DNA of 64,000 nucleotides from the NCBI GenBank assembly GCA_011109175.1, contig RDEW01000037.1, forward strand, positions 9,650 to 73,649. The letters run 5' to 3'. This document shows, one piece after another, positions 49,331 through 61,574 of this stretch. Origin of the DNA: Dicyema japonicum. Its lineage: Eukaryota; Animalia; Dicyemida. The position numbers and the translations under genes were made by a program. Each line of letters opens with the position of its first letter. Position 1 is the stretch's first letter. Under the pieces are notes generated by a model, which searched no databases, was not told the origin of the DNA, and was given only the letters and a program-made list of their open reading frames with translations.

Positions 49331-49748
49331 GACGACTATATTAAAATATATAGTAAATTATCGTCAACATATAAATTAATTTCTCATTGATTTAACAATT
49401 GATAAAAGTGCACGACCTGTTTTTTCATAAAATAAATTTATATTCCCACATTATTATAGAATTTGGGGAGACTAAGCGATTATTCGTAGTAAAACTTGGA
49501 TATGATAATCAAAGTATTAAATCAATACCATACATCTGTCATAACACATTTTTAAGTTTAAAACAAAAATAGTAAAATTCGCTGTTAGAATTTATAATTT
49601 GTAATTTTACCATGGAGATGAGATATATTGTTGGTTGTTAAAATATTTATGTAATTTCAGTTTATGAAATATAAATAGTAAATTACTTTGTTTCGTAATA
49701 AAATCATGTATAAAGTTGGTTACGATAATAATTATTTGCGGTTCATTT

Positions 49749-51144
49749 ATGTCCTTCCTATTTTACATTATAATTAACATAAATTCATTAAAATTCATTA
49801 ATTTGCCAAATTTTTTAACAATCTCAGCAAGACACATGGAAATTAACTGTAAAACTGATGATAATTCGGCAAAGTTGAATTTAGTAGTTAAATGTAGAAT
49901 TAAATGGAAAGTCAATGGAACAATCATCAGAAAACCAATCTTAAACTTCAACGAAGCCCCAGTTGGGGATTTTCAGTGCATTGCCTCTATCAAAAACGAT
50001 GTGATATATTCCCCCACTATAAAAGTAATAAAGCCAAGTATTTTAATTAAATATTAAGAATCGGTGGAAAAGCCTGAAATTTTATTCCGGCAAATTGCTG
50101 AAGGACTTATCTTTAAATATTCCCAACTACCTCACATTTACGGAGACCAAGTTGAGTGCACAAATAATGCAAAAATAATGGATGATAGTAAATAATTATA
50201 ATTTATTACAGAATATGCATATATTATTGGAGATACTAATGTAATTAAATGTTATCTTAAATCCCTTAACATTGTCACTGCCTGGTACACCGTTTACACT
50301 CTAATTGTATCGGGTATTGGAAATCAAATGATCTCTTAGGGAGAAAGATGATTTATCCCCCAAAAATGCCTTAATTAAGTCAACCAATGTAAATTCAGAG
50401 ATTTGTGTGTCGACTAACTGGTTGAGGATGTATTAATGTATAGTAATGCGAATGAATATTTTTATAAGAAAAATGGAGTAATAGTTAACATTGGTGACAT
50501 TATAAATGGAAGTATTAAAGACATTTATACTTGCATTGATTGTAATGGGGAAATACGGCATTTTAGAGTTTATTCTCCAGGTTTAATCAATACTATTACA
50601 CAGAACCTCTGAAAATACTAAGTGACTTTAATAAAACCGTAAGAATCAATAAATATCAACAAATTGTACAAGTAGAATGCGCACATAGTGGAGAATCTGT
50701 TCAAATCAGATGGTATTTTGACAAAGAACGAAATGGTGGGATTTATAATAAGTTTAGAAATTATAAATTCTAGTCAAAAAACATTACTAGTATTGAAATA
50801 CAACGAAATATTTCCTATAGGCAGTAACCAAAGGCTGATATCATGTTTTGTGATGAACCGTGATTCTATGGATTATAAAGAGACAGTGTTTGAGAAAAGT
50901 AATGAATATTATTATTAATAGGCCAAGTTAAATACCACAGAGAAATATTAAACCTATCAAACACAATGAAATCATTAGACAACCTTCGTACTGCATTCAT
51001 ATCCCTGACACTGGTTTTGTCAATAATTATATTAATTCTTATCACTTTCAGTAATCATTATTATTTATTTTAGTTTACACAAAAAATATAAAACATAAAA
51101 AATTTGTTAAAGAAGCTAATTTTTCCTCAATATTTAATGAATAA
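49749..51144 (+). CDS. Type I membrane protein with several divergent Ig-like domains; six short introns; apparent indels
   Basis: Hydrophobic N-terminus MSFLFYIIININS, C..W..GDFQC and C..W...C patterns, TM segment TAFISLTLVLSIIILILITF; introns 50038-50058, 50188-50211, 50314-50339, 50581-50603, 50899-50921, 51051-51073; start and stop approximate. Confidence 0.7.
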
Positions 51145-51239
51145 GTTTATTTTAATTATTAAAATTTTCTTTAATTTTCACTTATACAATAAGTACAAAA
51201 CCAATTAGTAAAGTCAACAATGTTAAGAGTTAAAGTGAT

Positions 51240-51830
51240 GTCGACGTTAGCATGGTACTATGCGAATGCTTGATTGAACATTTCTGGTTGTTTTTTCTGT
51301 TCCTCCTCTTTCATTTTTAATATAGTGGTGTCATGTGATCCCAGGTGGTACAATGGTTTGGTGTCGGCCTAAGTGGCTTAGATCACGGGTTCAATTCTCG
51401 CTGCTGTTCACCTGGTGGAAGGTTCCACGCATCTACGATGCTAAAAAAACTTGACGAGTGACGCCGTCATCAGTGGAGATTCACTGCAGAACTGGATACT
51501 CTAAAGAGACATACACACAAGAAAAAGAAAACAAAAAATGAAGAGCATTCCTTGGTTCTCCCTCTACGATTAGTTATAATAACTGTTCTTTACTTAAAAT
51601 AAAGTGTGTGTTTTGCCTATGGGGAGCGATAACTGATATGGCTCCTCGGAAAGTGCGAACATGTGATCCCAATGCAGGATGGCGCGCAAAATTATTATTT
51701 GCTCTTCCCCACCCATTGGAGAGGATTTTTTTCAGATACTCTTTTTGGCTGCCATTAAACTCTTTCAAGTCACTTGTTAGTGAATCACTAATAATAATGC
51801 ACATTCGCAAAATAAAAGTTATATCCTTCC
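51240..51830 (+). mobile_element. Diverged SINE family B copy acting as target for the SINE-A insertion
   Basis: ttctgttcctcctctt...gtcatgtgatccca before the insert; atgcaggatggcgcgcaaaattattatttgctcttccccacccattggagagg after it; boundaries approximate. Confidence 0.55.
51344..51659 (+). mobile_element. tRNA-headed SINE (family A)
   Basis: ggtggtacaatggtttggtgtcgg head, gggttcaattc B box, body as in 22508-22862; 12-bp TSD catgtgatccca (51332-51343, 51660-51671). Confidence 0.9.
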
Positions 51831-52228
51831 CGTCGCTTGTTCAGCAAGTTAGTGACGTGTCTCGTAAAGTTCATGTGTGTATCGAAAGTCAGACCCAATA
51901 TTTTTTGCCATTTGCTGAACGGCGATGCTCTTCCCTCCGCAGTTACTTCGATTGTCCTGTTCGACAATCTTTTGTCCGAGGTATAGAGAGTTGTAACATA
52001 TTTTTTCGGTATTGATTGACATCCGATTTTCATTAAACCACTCGAGTAGTCGATCTATGTGGTGTTGTATTCTTTCCGTCGCTGTTTGGGTGTTCTAATC
52101 CGGTGAGGCTAAGACGATATCGTCTGCATAAGCCAGAAGCAGGTCGTCTTCTCTATTTGGCGTCGGAATGTCAGCTGTAAATAGGTTGAATAGGAATGAT
52201 GATAGCGGCGAACCCTGGGGTACTCCAT
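51830..52228 (-). mobile_element. Jockey/I-like RT fragment
   Basis: GVPQGSPLSSFLFNLF, AYADDIV, QKILGLTFD on the minus strand. Confidence 0.75.
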
Positions 52229-53440
52229 TTGGGGTCCAACAAGGAGATCCGCTCGGACCTCTCTTATTTGCCCTGACAATTGATGATGTTGTGAGATCAA
52301 TTGATGCTCAGCTAAATCTCTGGTACCTTGACGATGCCACAATTGAAAGATCATTAAAAAAAACATACGCGTTACCCAGTTTAAAACACATGGGATTGGA
52401 CATCAATATTAACAAATCAGAGCTAATTAATATCTCAAACCCATACACCGTCTTTCTTTTTATCAAGAAGTCTTTTAACGAACTGCTTACTGGGATCCCG
52501 ACTGTGTCAGTTGATAAATTATATTTCCTAGGATGCCCACTCAGCGAAGAACTCAAGAACCATCTACTTTCTAAAAATGAAGAATTAACACGCCTTGCGA
52601 AAAGATTGTCATGTCTCGACTCTCATACATCCTTCTTCCTGATGGAAAACAACATCAGACTACCCAAGCTTTTATATCTACTCCGATGTTCACCCTGCTA
52701 CAAACAAAACGACAGTCTACTTTCGATAAACAAATCTCTCAAACAAACTGTAACGTCCGCTTCGACGAACTTGGTTGGAAGCAATGTAAGCTTCCCTCTG
52801 GAATTGGGGGTGTCGGTCTAAGATCGGCACTGGAGGTTGCGTACCCGGCATATCTATCGTCTCTCTCAAGCTGCAGCCATTTGACACAGCAAGTCCTTCA
52901 TAACACTATTGGACTTCGCTGGAATGAGTCATTTGACGAAGCTTGTCGGAAATGGAACGGGTCCGGACTCAAAATCCCCAAAGACACAACGAAGCAAAGT
53001 AATTGGGATGACATTGTCTGCTCCAAAATTTTGAAAGACCTTAAAAAAGAAGCAAATCAACATCGTCTGGCTTGTTTGGTGTCAGCTTCAAGTGGAGGGA
53101 ATGGAGCATGACTTGGTGCAATACCTAGCCCAAACCTCGGGACCTTTTTGGAGGATAATTCTTTGAGGATTGGAATCGGACAAAGGCTAGGATTAGACGT
53201 TTGCCAGGAGCACCGACGCCGATGCGGGAAAACAGTCAATGCGAAGGATTGCACACGCTGTCCTGCAGAAGAAGCGCCGGAAGGGGACCACGTCATGTTG
53301 CTCTGAACGATGTGATCGTCAGAGCTCTGAAGGCTACAGGCTTCCCAGCATAGCTTGAACCAGTGGGTCTTGATCGAGAAGATGGAAAAAGACCTGACGG
53401 GATGACCCTTTTCCTTCACGTCTGGTAGATCTTTGGTCTG
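52229..53440 (+). mobile_element. CRE-like REL retrotransposon fragment (RT domains 4-7 to endonuclease)
   Basis: [52 protein letters not shown]. Confidence 0.85.
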
Positions 53441-53484
53441 GGACGATTTAAAAAATTAAAAAAAATTCAATTAATTCAAGTCTG

Positions 53485-56040
53485 GAAATTTTATTTTATC
53501 CCAAGATCACCGGATTATAAAAAGTTAAAACTTAACTAATAACTAAGTGATCTTGGTTTTCGAGTTCTGCTCTCGTTCGGGTCCTCGAAGATCAACAGAA
53601 TTGGTAAAACGGGGACGGTCTCATTCTCCATAGATTCCCCGAATTTTCTAGATAGTCAGATATAGAGATGAAAGCGGACATCCGGTTTTCATTGCCCACT
53701 GTAGAAATGACTTCACTTTCACCTTATGTCTTTAACATTCAATACGTTATCCACAGTTTTCTTATTTATTATTTTAAAGGCAGCAAGTTGTGAGGCTTCT
53801 AATTTTTGAGACGACGATTCAGAAATCATCGAGCTCCAGGAAGCATGCGTATTCGATTACTGGCAGTATGTATTGTCTGTAAATTTTCTGTAGTAAGAAG
53901 GTTTTGTGCCCGATTAATAATCGGGACAAAATTTTCAATATGTTGGTCCTCCTGACCTTGGTAATAACTTCATTGAGGTGTTGGCCGAATGTCAGGAGAG
54001 TATCCAATTTTAATCCTAGTATTGTTGGAGACTTATTCATAGGAATTTCATATCCAAACAATTTGATTTTGGGAGAATATAATGATCTTCTATATGTAGA
54101 GAAAATTGTTATAAATGACTTTCCTATAGAAACTTCCAGTCGATTTGATATGGGCCAATGTTCCAACATACAAATTTAATTTTGAAGTTTCATCTGCCTT
54201 CTCATAGTAAGAGTCTCGCGTCGCAAGAACAATGTCATCTGCGTATGAGAGTATCAATGTATCGGGATCATCATTGGTCAGAAGGTCATTGGTGTAAAAG
54301 TTGAAGAGCAGGGGAGAGAGAGGGAACCTTGGGGACATCATTCGGCAATAAACGGGATTTAGATTTTCTATTGTCCGACATCACTTGTCCTCTTCTTCTA
54401 TTTAGAATATTCGGCAGCCATCTTTTAATGTTTGGATTTATAAGCGTGTCAGAAATTTTCTCTATAAGTAGGGTCGAAAACACGGGGTCGAATGCTTTCT
54501 TCAAGTCTCTTAAAGCCATAATGGTTCTTTTATGTTGTTTTGGAAAGAGAATCCATCAGATATATTGAGTTAATTTTGTCAAGTGAGTCGTAGTAGAATG
54601 ATTTTCACGGAATCCATGCTGGACTACTCGATTTGGTACAATATCTTTGATTCGTGTTAAGATTAATTTTTCATAATCGGGACAACGCACATAATATTGC
54701 AATTGGACGATAAGAAGAGGGATCGTTTGCAGGTTGTTTGACTTCCGAATTGGCAAAATAATGGATTTCTTCCATATAGAAGGTATCATATTATTGTTCA
54801 CATATAGAGTATAAACGTATGATAGGAATTCGGTTGCCTTTTCACCAAGGTGTTTCAGTTCCATCATCGAGACATTATCAGCACCTCGGGAACATGAGTT
54901 TTTGGCATCCATGATTGCATTTTGAACTTCTTGCGGAGTAAAGACAATTAAGTCATACGATGGATACAACTTCTTGTTGACTCTGTGTTCCCTCGAGAAA
55001 TTTTTATGACTGATTGCGACATAGTGTTTCATTAAAATATTTGAGTCGATGTTGCTACATCCATGTCCGTGGAAGACTTTCTCAGAGCCTTCATTGCAAC
55101 GTCTCAAATATTTAATTTTCCTCTATATCAGCGTCTCGGATGTATTTGGGGATAGAGAATCAATAAGTGATGTCCATCGCTTCTTGATTCTAGATTGGGT
55201 AACTTGTTTAATTTGTATATTTAAGGTTTTTATTTTTTGGAAATCGTCATTTGATAAATCCTTTTACCTCTTTAATTTATTTCTTATCTAAGTGTTTTTG
55301 CATGCATATTGTAGGTAATCCTTGTTTGATGGCATTAGAATAAATAGTTTTGTTGCTTGGAGTATAATGTCCGTGAAAGTTTTGATCATGTGGTCAATTG
55401 ATGAGAATACCAATGTGTAAAATACTTCCATATTAAAGTCAATGTAATTAGAGAAGCTGGACCAATCCGCGCTATCAAAATTTTAAAAAGTGGAATTCTG
55501 TCTGATAAATTTATTTTCAGTGTTGATTTTCATCATAATAGGGTTGTGATCACTTCTTAGTTCACATTTTACAGTCCAGTTGATAAGGGAAAACATTGAT
55601 GGGGAACATAAAGAGAGGTCAGGGGATGTAGGTTTGTCTCCTGTTCGAGTAGGTATTCTTGTGTTGCTTTTGGTGTTATTCAGTATACATAATTGTCCCA
55701 AATTTCTGGCCAGTAGGGTTCCTCTACTGTTTGGTTTCTGGTCTTCATACCATAATTGATATTTGGCATTGATGTCACCGCATAGTAGTACGTTTTTGAA
55801 GTTTGAGAAGTGTAAGTTAAGGTAATACCCATTTGGACAGGAGCTATTAGGTGGAATATATACATTGACAATATAGTTTTCCTAGGAATTCTAATATTTA
55901 TGCCAACTAGTTCCAAAAGGTCTTCTGGATAGATTTTTCGGATTTTGTTTGAAATATCTTCAAATTGAATTCCATTTCTTATTAGTGTCACTAGTCCTCC
56001 ACCAAGCTTAATCTTTCTGTCTTTACGGATAACGGAGTAT
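53485..56040 (-). mobile_element. Jockey/I-like LINE, APE through RT to stem-loop tail
   Basis: GGGLVTLIR, TSPDLS, SDHNPI, QHGFRENHST, DLKKAFD, YADD, PTILGLKLD; tail stem aagatcac/gtgatctt at 53503-53554. Confidence 0.88.
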
Positions 56041-56960
56041 CCGGAAAAGGTTGGGTTCGTATGTTTGCTTGTAGCTTTGTCTCTTGGACTAGAGCAAAAA
56101 CGACGATTATAAACTTGGACGTCGCCAAATGGAATATCTGAGAACCAGAATGATTATATTTTATGCGCCAAATGTTGGAAAAGTTCTATAACAGCCGTCA
56201 AAACATATCCAGGGGCAGACTGTGGAACAGACCATCAGCTACTAGTTGCAAAAATTAAAACGAAATTTAGCAACACTTGGAATACCCCCGAGTAAAGAAA
56301 TTCGATGTCTCAAACATACCACCAGAATACGCAATGGAAGTGAAGCACAATATTGGATTACTGGATTTGAACGGAAGGATGCCTGATGAATTATGGAATG
56401 ATATGCAGTTGGTTATCAGGAACGCTGCAATAAAATATGTCAAATACAAAACGCAGGCCAAGTGCTCTGAGTGGCTCTCTGTCAACACCCTAAACATTGC
56501 TGAGGCTCGTAAAGCTGCTAAAGTCTCTGGGAATATAGATGAGACAAGAAAACTTAACTCTGAATTCAAAAAGGCAGCCAGGAAAGATAAAGAAGACTAC
56601 TGGAGGTTACCTTGGAAGATGACTATAAGAGAGGTCACACTAGGATTGCGTATTAACAACTAAAAAGATTACGAGTCCCCTTTACGAAAATGATGAGTAA
56701 AATCAAGGACAAGGATGGTGTAAAATTGCTAAGCCAACAGAACATCCGAAACCGTTGGAGATACTAAATTCAGAAACTGTGTGCCCATCCATATATGTTG
56801 ATGAAGCAACGTTGGGTGAGGGGCATAAAATCCTTGAGGCTACACGGCAATTAACAAAGAACACGGCACCGGGGATTGACAACATCTCAAGTGAATTGTT
56901 GAAGGCTAAACCGGTGACAGCTATCAACAATCTATGTCAAAAAATTTGGGAAACTGGTAT
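56040..56960 (+). mobile_element. RTE/BovB-like fragment (APE end to RT start)
   Basis: ENQNDYIL, YPGADCGTDHQLL, KNTAPGIDNISSELLK. Confidence 0.75.
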
Positions 56961-57469
56961 TTGGCCATGCTAGTGGAAAAGATCTGGCCTATAGACGTTC
57001 ACAAAGGTAATTTTTCCATTTGTTGTTTCAAGTGTGACTGCATTAAATTCAGTAACATCGTCGTCTCCCAAGATACCACTGAAGTGATGTCCACACATTT
57101 AAGGTCTTTCCGATATAAAATGAGGATGCCGCTATCCTGCTTCCTCTTTTGGTCAGTCCGTTCTGACTCGTATCCAGGGAACATCGGGGTAGGACTGTTC
57201 GCAGGCAGTTTCGTCTCTTGTATTAAAGCCATGTCGATCTTCAACTCCTCCAGGAGGGAGCGCAGCTCCAATATCTTGCCTCTTACTCCATTGATATTCA
57301 GTTGAAGAACCGTGGTCCGTTTCTTACGGTGGGCTAGGGGTTCTTTCCGGGTAGATGAGGATAATAGAGCGTGCCGCCGGGGAGACAGTTTCCTCGGAGG
57401 TGGATGTCTAATGGTTCTCTTTGGAGGAGCCCTAGTAGTAAACCCAGACAAAACGGAAAGAACTAGCAC
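56960..57469 (-). mobile_element. APE N-terminus of another Jockey/I-like LINE
   Basis: VLQLNINGV..K..EL...IQETKL in ORF 56999..57469. Confidence 0.8.
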
Positions 57470-57479
57470 GACGAGAAAC

Positions 57480-58030
57480 GAAGAAAAGTGAAGAACATGA
57501 AAGAAAATTGGATCTCTCCTCGGCGTCTCGGAGGACTTTATTCACAGAAAAGTTCTGGCGGTTGCTTCTTTCAAAAAATTGTGGGCGATCTGGATGCGGC
57601 GAAAGTACAGGCACTCGCCTTCGAATTCGGTTGTACAACTCCTTTATCAAATCAATTCAACTTTATAACACGGGGAGCTGGCTGACCAAGACGGATAACC
57701 AACGACGAGCTATATAGAATTACTCAAACAACAAAGATTGGGAATAAAGTTACTTCTGCAAAATGGCCGCTCTTTAGATATATCCTAAGAGCTTTGGAAA
57801 TGGTACCAGCCAATCAGGCCATGGAATAATACTTTTCTTTATTAAACAAAACAACGTATCGAGGTGACAAAGAACAACGTTGCCGTCGACCCTCGACTAA
57901 GAACTCACTTGCATAGGAAGAAAGCTTAAAACAGGTGAGGATCTGGATGATCTGAGGGCGGATGCGAAAAACAGGGGAGGATAGAAACGGCTCATATTCC
58001 GTATCCAGAAATGCATGGCAAAAGTGGAAT
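57480..58030 (+). mobile_element. RTE-like 3' fragment
   Basis: RIRLYNSFIKSIQLYNTGSW, WPLFRYILR. Confidence 0.65.
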
Positions 58031-58451
58031 CTCAAATTAGTTAACTTTTCTGGTTCCGCGGACATTTCTAATAATAATAGGTTACTATGTGATGGCTTTT
58101 GAGTGTGGCCGGATGCCATAGCCAGTTGAGGAAATAAATCGATTTCCTGCTTATTCGTTCAGTTGCCTCAACCACGACAGCCGGAATGCGAACCGGTCTA
58201 AAAATCATTCTTATTTCTTATCCTTAGCCTTCCCAGCATTTTTTATGGCGCAGATCGTGTCTACTGCACTTCACGTTTGTTGCAAATTTTCCCAACTGCA
58301 TCAAAAAAACGATTCAACTTCCGCCAACATCATTTCCATTGAGTGACTTTAGCGGAAAACAACTTTAAATTGTCCAAAATTAGAAGATGATTAGTTGTAT
58401 ATGTTAGTTTCTCATTTCAGTTGTAACAATTTTCTCTACATATAGAAGATC

Positions 58452-58810
58452 ATTATTATTATTATTAGCACTTTCACGAGTGCCATAATATTTTTAGCCC
58501 CGCATGTGCAGCAAAAAATATAAGAGAATTAGTTAGGTTGCTACAAATTTTCTGTTCTTTGCTAGGTCCCTCAGTGAGTCCAGATCGGCTTTCAGATCGT
58601 TTTGTAGAACGACCGGGAGGGTAGTTCTCGGTCTTCCACGAAAGCGTTTTACATTGGAGGAGTAGTAATCTTCCATTGCGATATTCGGAGGGGATATCGG
58701 GTCCAACCTCAGGACGTGTCCAAAAAGTCTCCAACGAGAGCTAATGATCTCGTGGCTTAATGGTATACAGTCAAATTTATTGTACAGTCCATTCCGCGAG
58801 AAGATCATTT
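58452..58810 (-). mobile_element. RTE-like 3' end with complete tail
   Basis: WRLFGHVLR, RGRPRTTLP; tail gcacatgcggggctaaaaatattatggcactcgtgaaagtgc(taa)n. Confidence 0.85.
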
Positions 58811-59380
58811 ACTCTCCGAAAATCAAATTATTTGGATATGTTTTTCCTATGAATAAATCTCCAACGATAGTAGGATTAAAGTTGGATATCTCCTGACATT
58901 TGGCGAACACGTAAATGACGTTATTACCTAGGTCAGGAGGAAGATAAACATATTGAAAATTTTTTCCCGATCACCAATCGGGCACAACACCTTCTTACTA
59001 CAGAAAATTTACAGACAATACATACTGCAGTAATCGAATACGCATGCCCTTCCTGGAGCTCGATGATTTCTGAATCGTCGTCTCAAAAATTAGAAGCCGC
59101 ACAACTTGCTGCCTTTAAAATAATTAGTAAAAAACCGTGAATAACGTATTGAATGTTGAAGAACACCTAAGGTGGAGAATGAAGATATTTCTACAGTGGG
59201 CAATGAAAACCGGCTGTCCGCTTTCACTCTCTATATCTGAGTATCTAGAAAATGCGGGGAATCTATGGAGAATGAGACCGTTGATCTTCGAGGACCCCGA
59301 ACGAAAGCCAGAACCCGGAAACCGTGATCATTCAATTAGTAGTTAACTTTTTCTAATCCGGTGATCTTAAGGTAAATAAA
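58810..59380 (+). mobile_element. 5'-truncated copy of the LINE at 53485-54100
   Basis: Clear nucleotide similarity to the reverse complement of 53490-54070, including the stem-loop tail. Confidence 0.85.
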
Positions 59381-59680
59381 TAGACTCTATCACAACCATA
59401 TACCTTCCAATTCGGATGTATCATGATAGTCTCGGTGATTTCGTCCTCTGTGAAATTAGCAAAAGAGTTCTCTGATCCAGTCACTCTTGCAAAAAGTGGT
59501 TAAGAGATTAGCGTTTTATTGATTTTTTTAGTTTAATTTCATTTGTGGGTTTAATGTTGTCTTAGCTTACCGATGAACTATCCTTGTAACCATGGATATC
59601 AGCAAATAATTTAATTTATGAAATTCATACTCAAACACAAAATTGAAATTTGCTTACTAATCCCTCACCCTCCCACAACC

Positions 59681-60622
59681 TAGCAAATTTCGTAAATTTC
59701 GTAAGTGGACCGTAAGTGGACGCCGAGGGAAAGCAAATTTCGTAAGTGGACGCCGAGGGAAAGTATCCGTCGGAAACAAGAGTTCCAGATCGGGATTATT
59801 ACCCAATGGTGTACCCCAAGGATCTCCTCTGTCACCAATCCTTTTTAATTTGTTTTTGAGTATCTCCCCGTACCTATGAATAATAATGGCATGTTACTTT
59901 CTTATGCCGATGACATAGTTGTCGCATCTAGAGACGTAAATGTCGAACATGCTAAAGAAAGACTAAAGGAATACTAAATAACATATTTGGATGGTTGTGC
60001 GAAAATTCGATTAAATGCATGTTCCGAAAAGTCAGCAGTCACTCTATTTACTAAGAATAGAAAGATGGGAACGCAAACAATTGATGTCACGTTAAATGGA
60101 GTACCTATACCACAAAAGAAATCGCAGAAGATACTGGGAGTAACTTTTGATACTTTCCTCTGCTTCTCAGCCCATGTGGAATCCATCATATCAACCTGTG
60201 CAAAGAAGATAAATTTTGTAAAGGCCTTCTTTTGGAACTGTGGAGGAATTTATCCTCCAGGTATCTGGACCCTCTACAAGCAGTATGTCGAGCCAACAAT
60301 AGGCTATGCATGTGCTGCATGGGGATCTAACCTGTCGGCAACGAACCTAACAAAAATTCAAGAGATCCAGTCAAGAGCAAAAAAATTACTGGAAAAGTAT
60401 ACAGATAAAGAAATTGCCCCAGAGCACTCGAGTCTATCATAGAGGCAACTGGAGGAAATTTCAGAAGAGAAAAGGAAAAAGACCCCTGTCCGTATAGAAA
60501 ATGAGTGGGATCACGGTCGGAGCATCGAGAAAAAGTGGCCCGATTATTGAGAGATGCCGGGATCACATGAATGTTAGTTATTGGTTAAGATGGTGTTTCT
60601 TTGGGTTAAATAATAATAAATA
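59681..60622 (+). mobile_element. 5'-truncated Jockey/I-like LINE with a stuttered 5' end, inserted in an older APE remnant (about 59560-61050)
   Basis: Twin of 36327-37219; the flanking sequence reads as APE (IITGDLNVKHPLW at about 60725-60765). Confidence 0.88.
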
Positions 60623-61061
60623 ATTGTCCGTGTCATAAGATTTCCTTCAGTTTGAACGTTAAACTATCAGTTTTTCCCCTATTGACTTTACGTCCTCTCA
60701 ACGGATTTCCAAAATTCAATTATTTATCATTACTGGAGATTTGAACGTGAAGCACCCTCTCTGGTTCAAGAATCAATGACAGATATGAGGAAAAATTCTT
60801 AAATGCTCACTGGACGATCTAGTAATTTTAAACTCCACATTAATGAACACAAGAACACACATAGTATTTCCCGACAAAGCACTTGCTTTCCCTAACATCG
60901 TCCTCATCTCCAGTTGGCTCAGAAGTATCGACTTTAGTAACAATCACAACTCTACCGACATCTCGATTAAAGGAAGTATCATCACGAGAAGAAATTGTCT
61001 TTTATCAGAAACCACAAGTAACCTGTTAAAAATTCCTGACTGTTAAAGACTTATATGTAGT

Positions 61062-61389
61062 TTAATAATAATAAAGCCTTTTCACGAGAGCCATAGTATT
61101 TATAGCTCCGCATAAGCAGGACACACACTTTATTTAAGTAAAGAACAGTTAATTTTAACTAATCGTAGAACCAAGGAATGATCTTCACTTCTTTTTTTTC
61201 TTTTTCTTGCGTGAGTGTCCTTTCTAGACAATCCAGTTCCGCAGTGAGTATCCACTGATGACGGCGTCACTCGTCAAACCCTTTCTATCGTAGAGATGCG
61301 TGGAATTTTCCACCAGGTGAACAGCAGCGAGATTCGAAACCGTAGTTTAATCCACTTAAGCCCAACACCTAACCACTATGCCACCCGGC
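61062..61389 (-). mobile_element. tRNA-headed SINE (family A)
   Basis: gccgggtggcatagtggttagg head, ggtttcgaatc B box, (TTA)n tail, 8-bp TSD tatgtagt (61054-61061, 61390-61397). Confidence 0.9.
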
Positions 61390-61574
61390 TATGTAGTCTA
61401 TTAGCGAGAATGTAAGGGTACAAAAGAAGGCAATCGGGTCCTCACGACAATATTCTAAATACACAATTAAAAATATAGTTTTAAGAGAATATATAAATTA
61501 ATAATAGTCTATTTAATTTTGTAAAAAGTCCTTTACATCATTTTCGTAAATAAGGACACTTTCACGGATAACAA

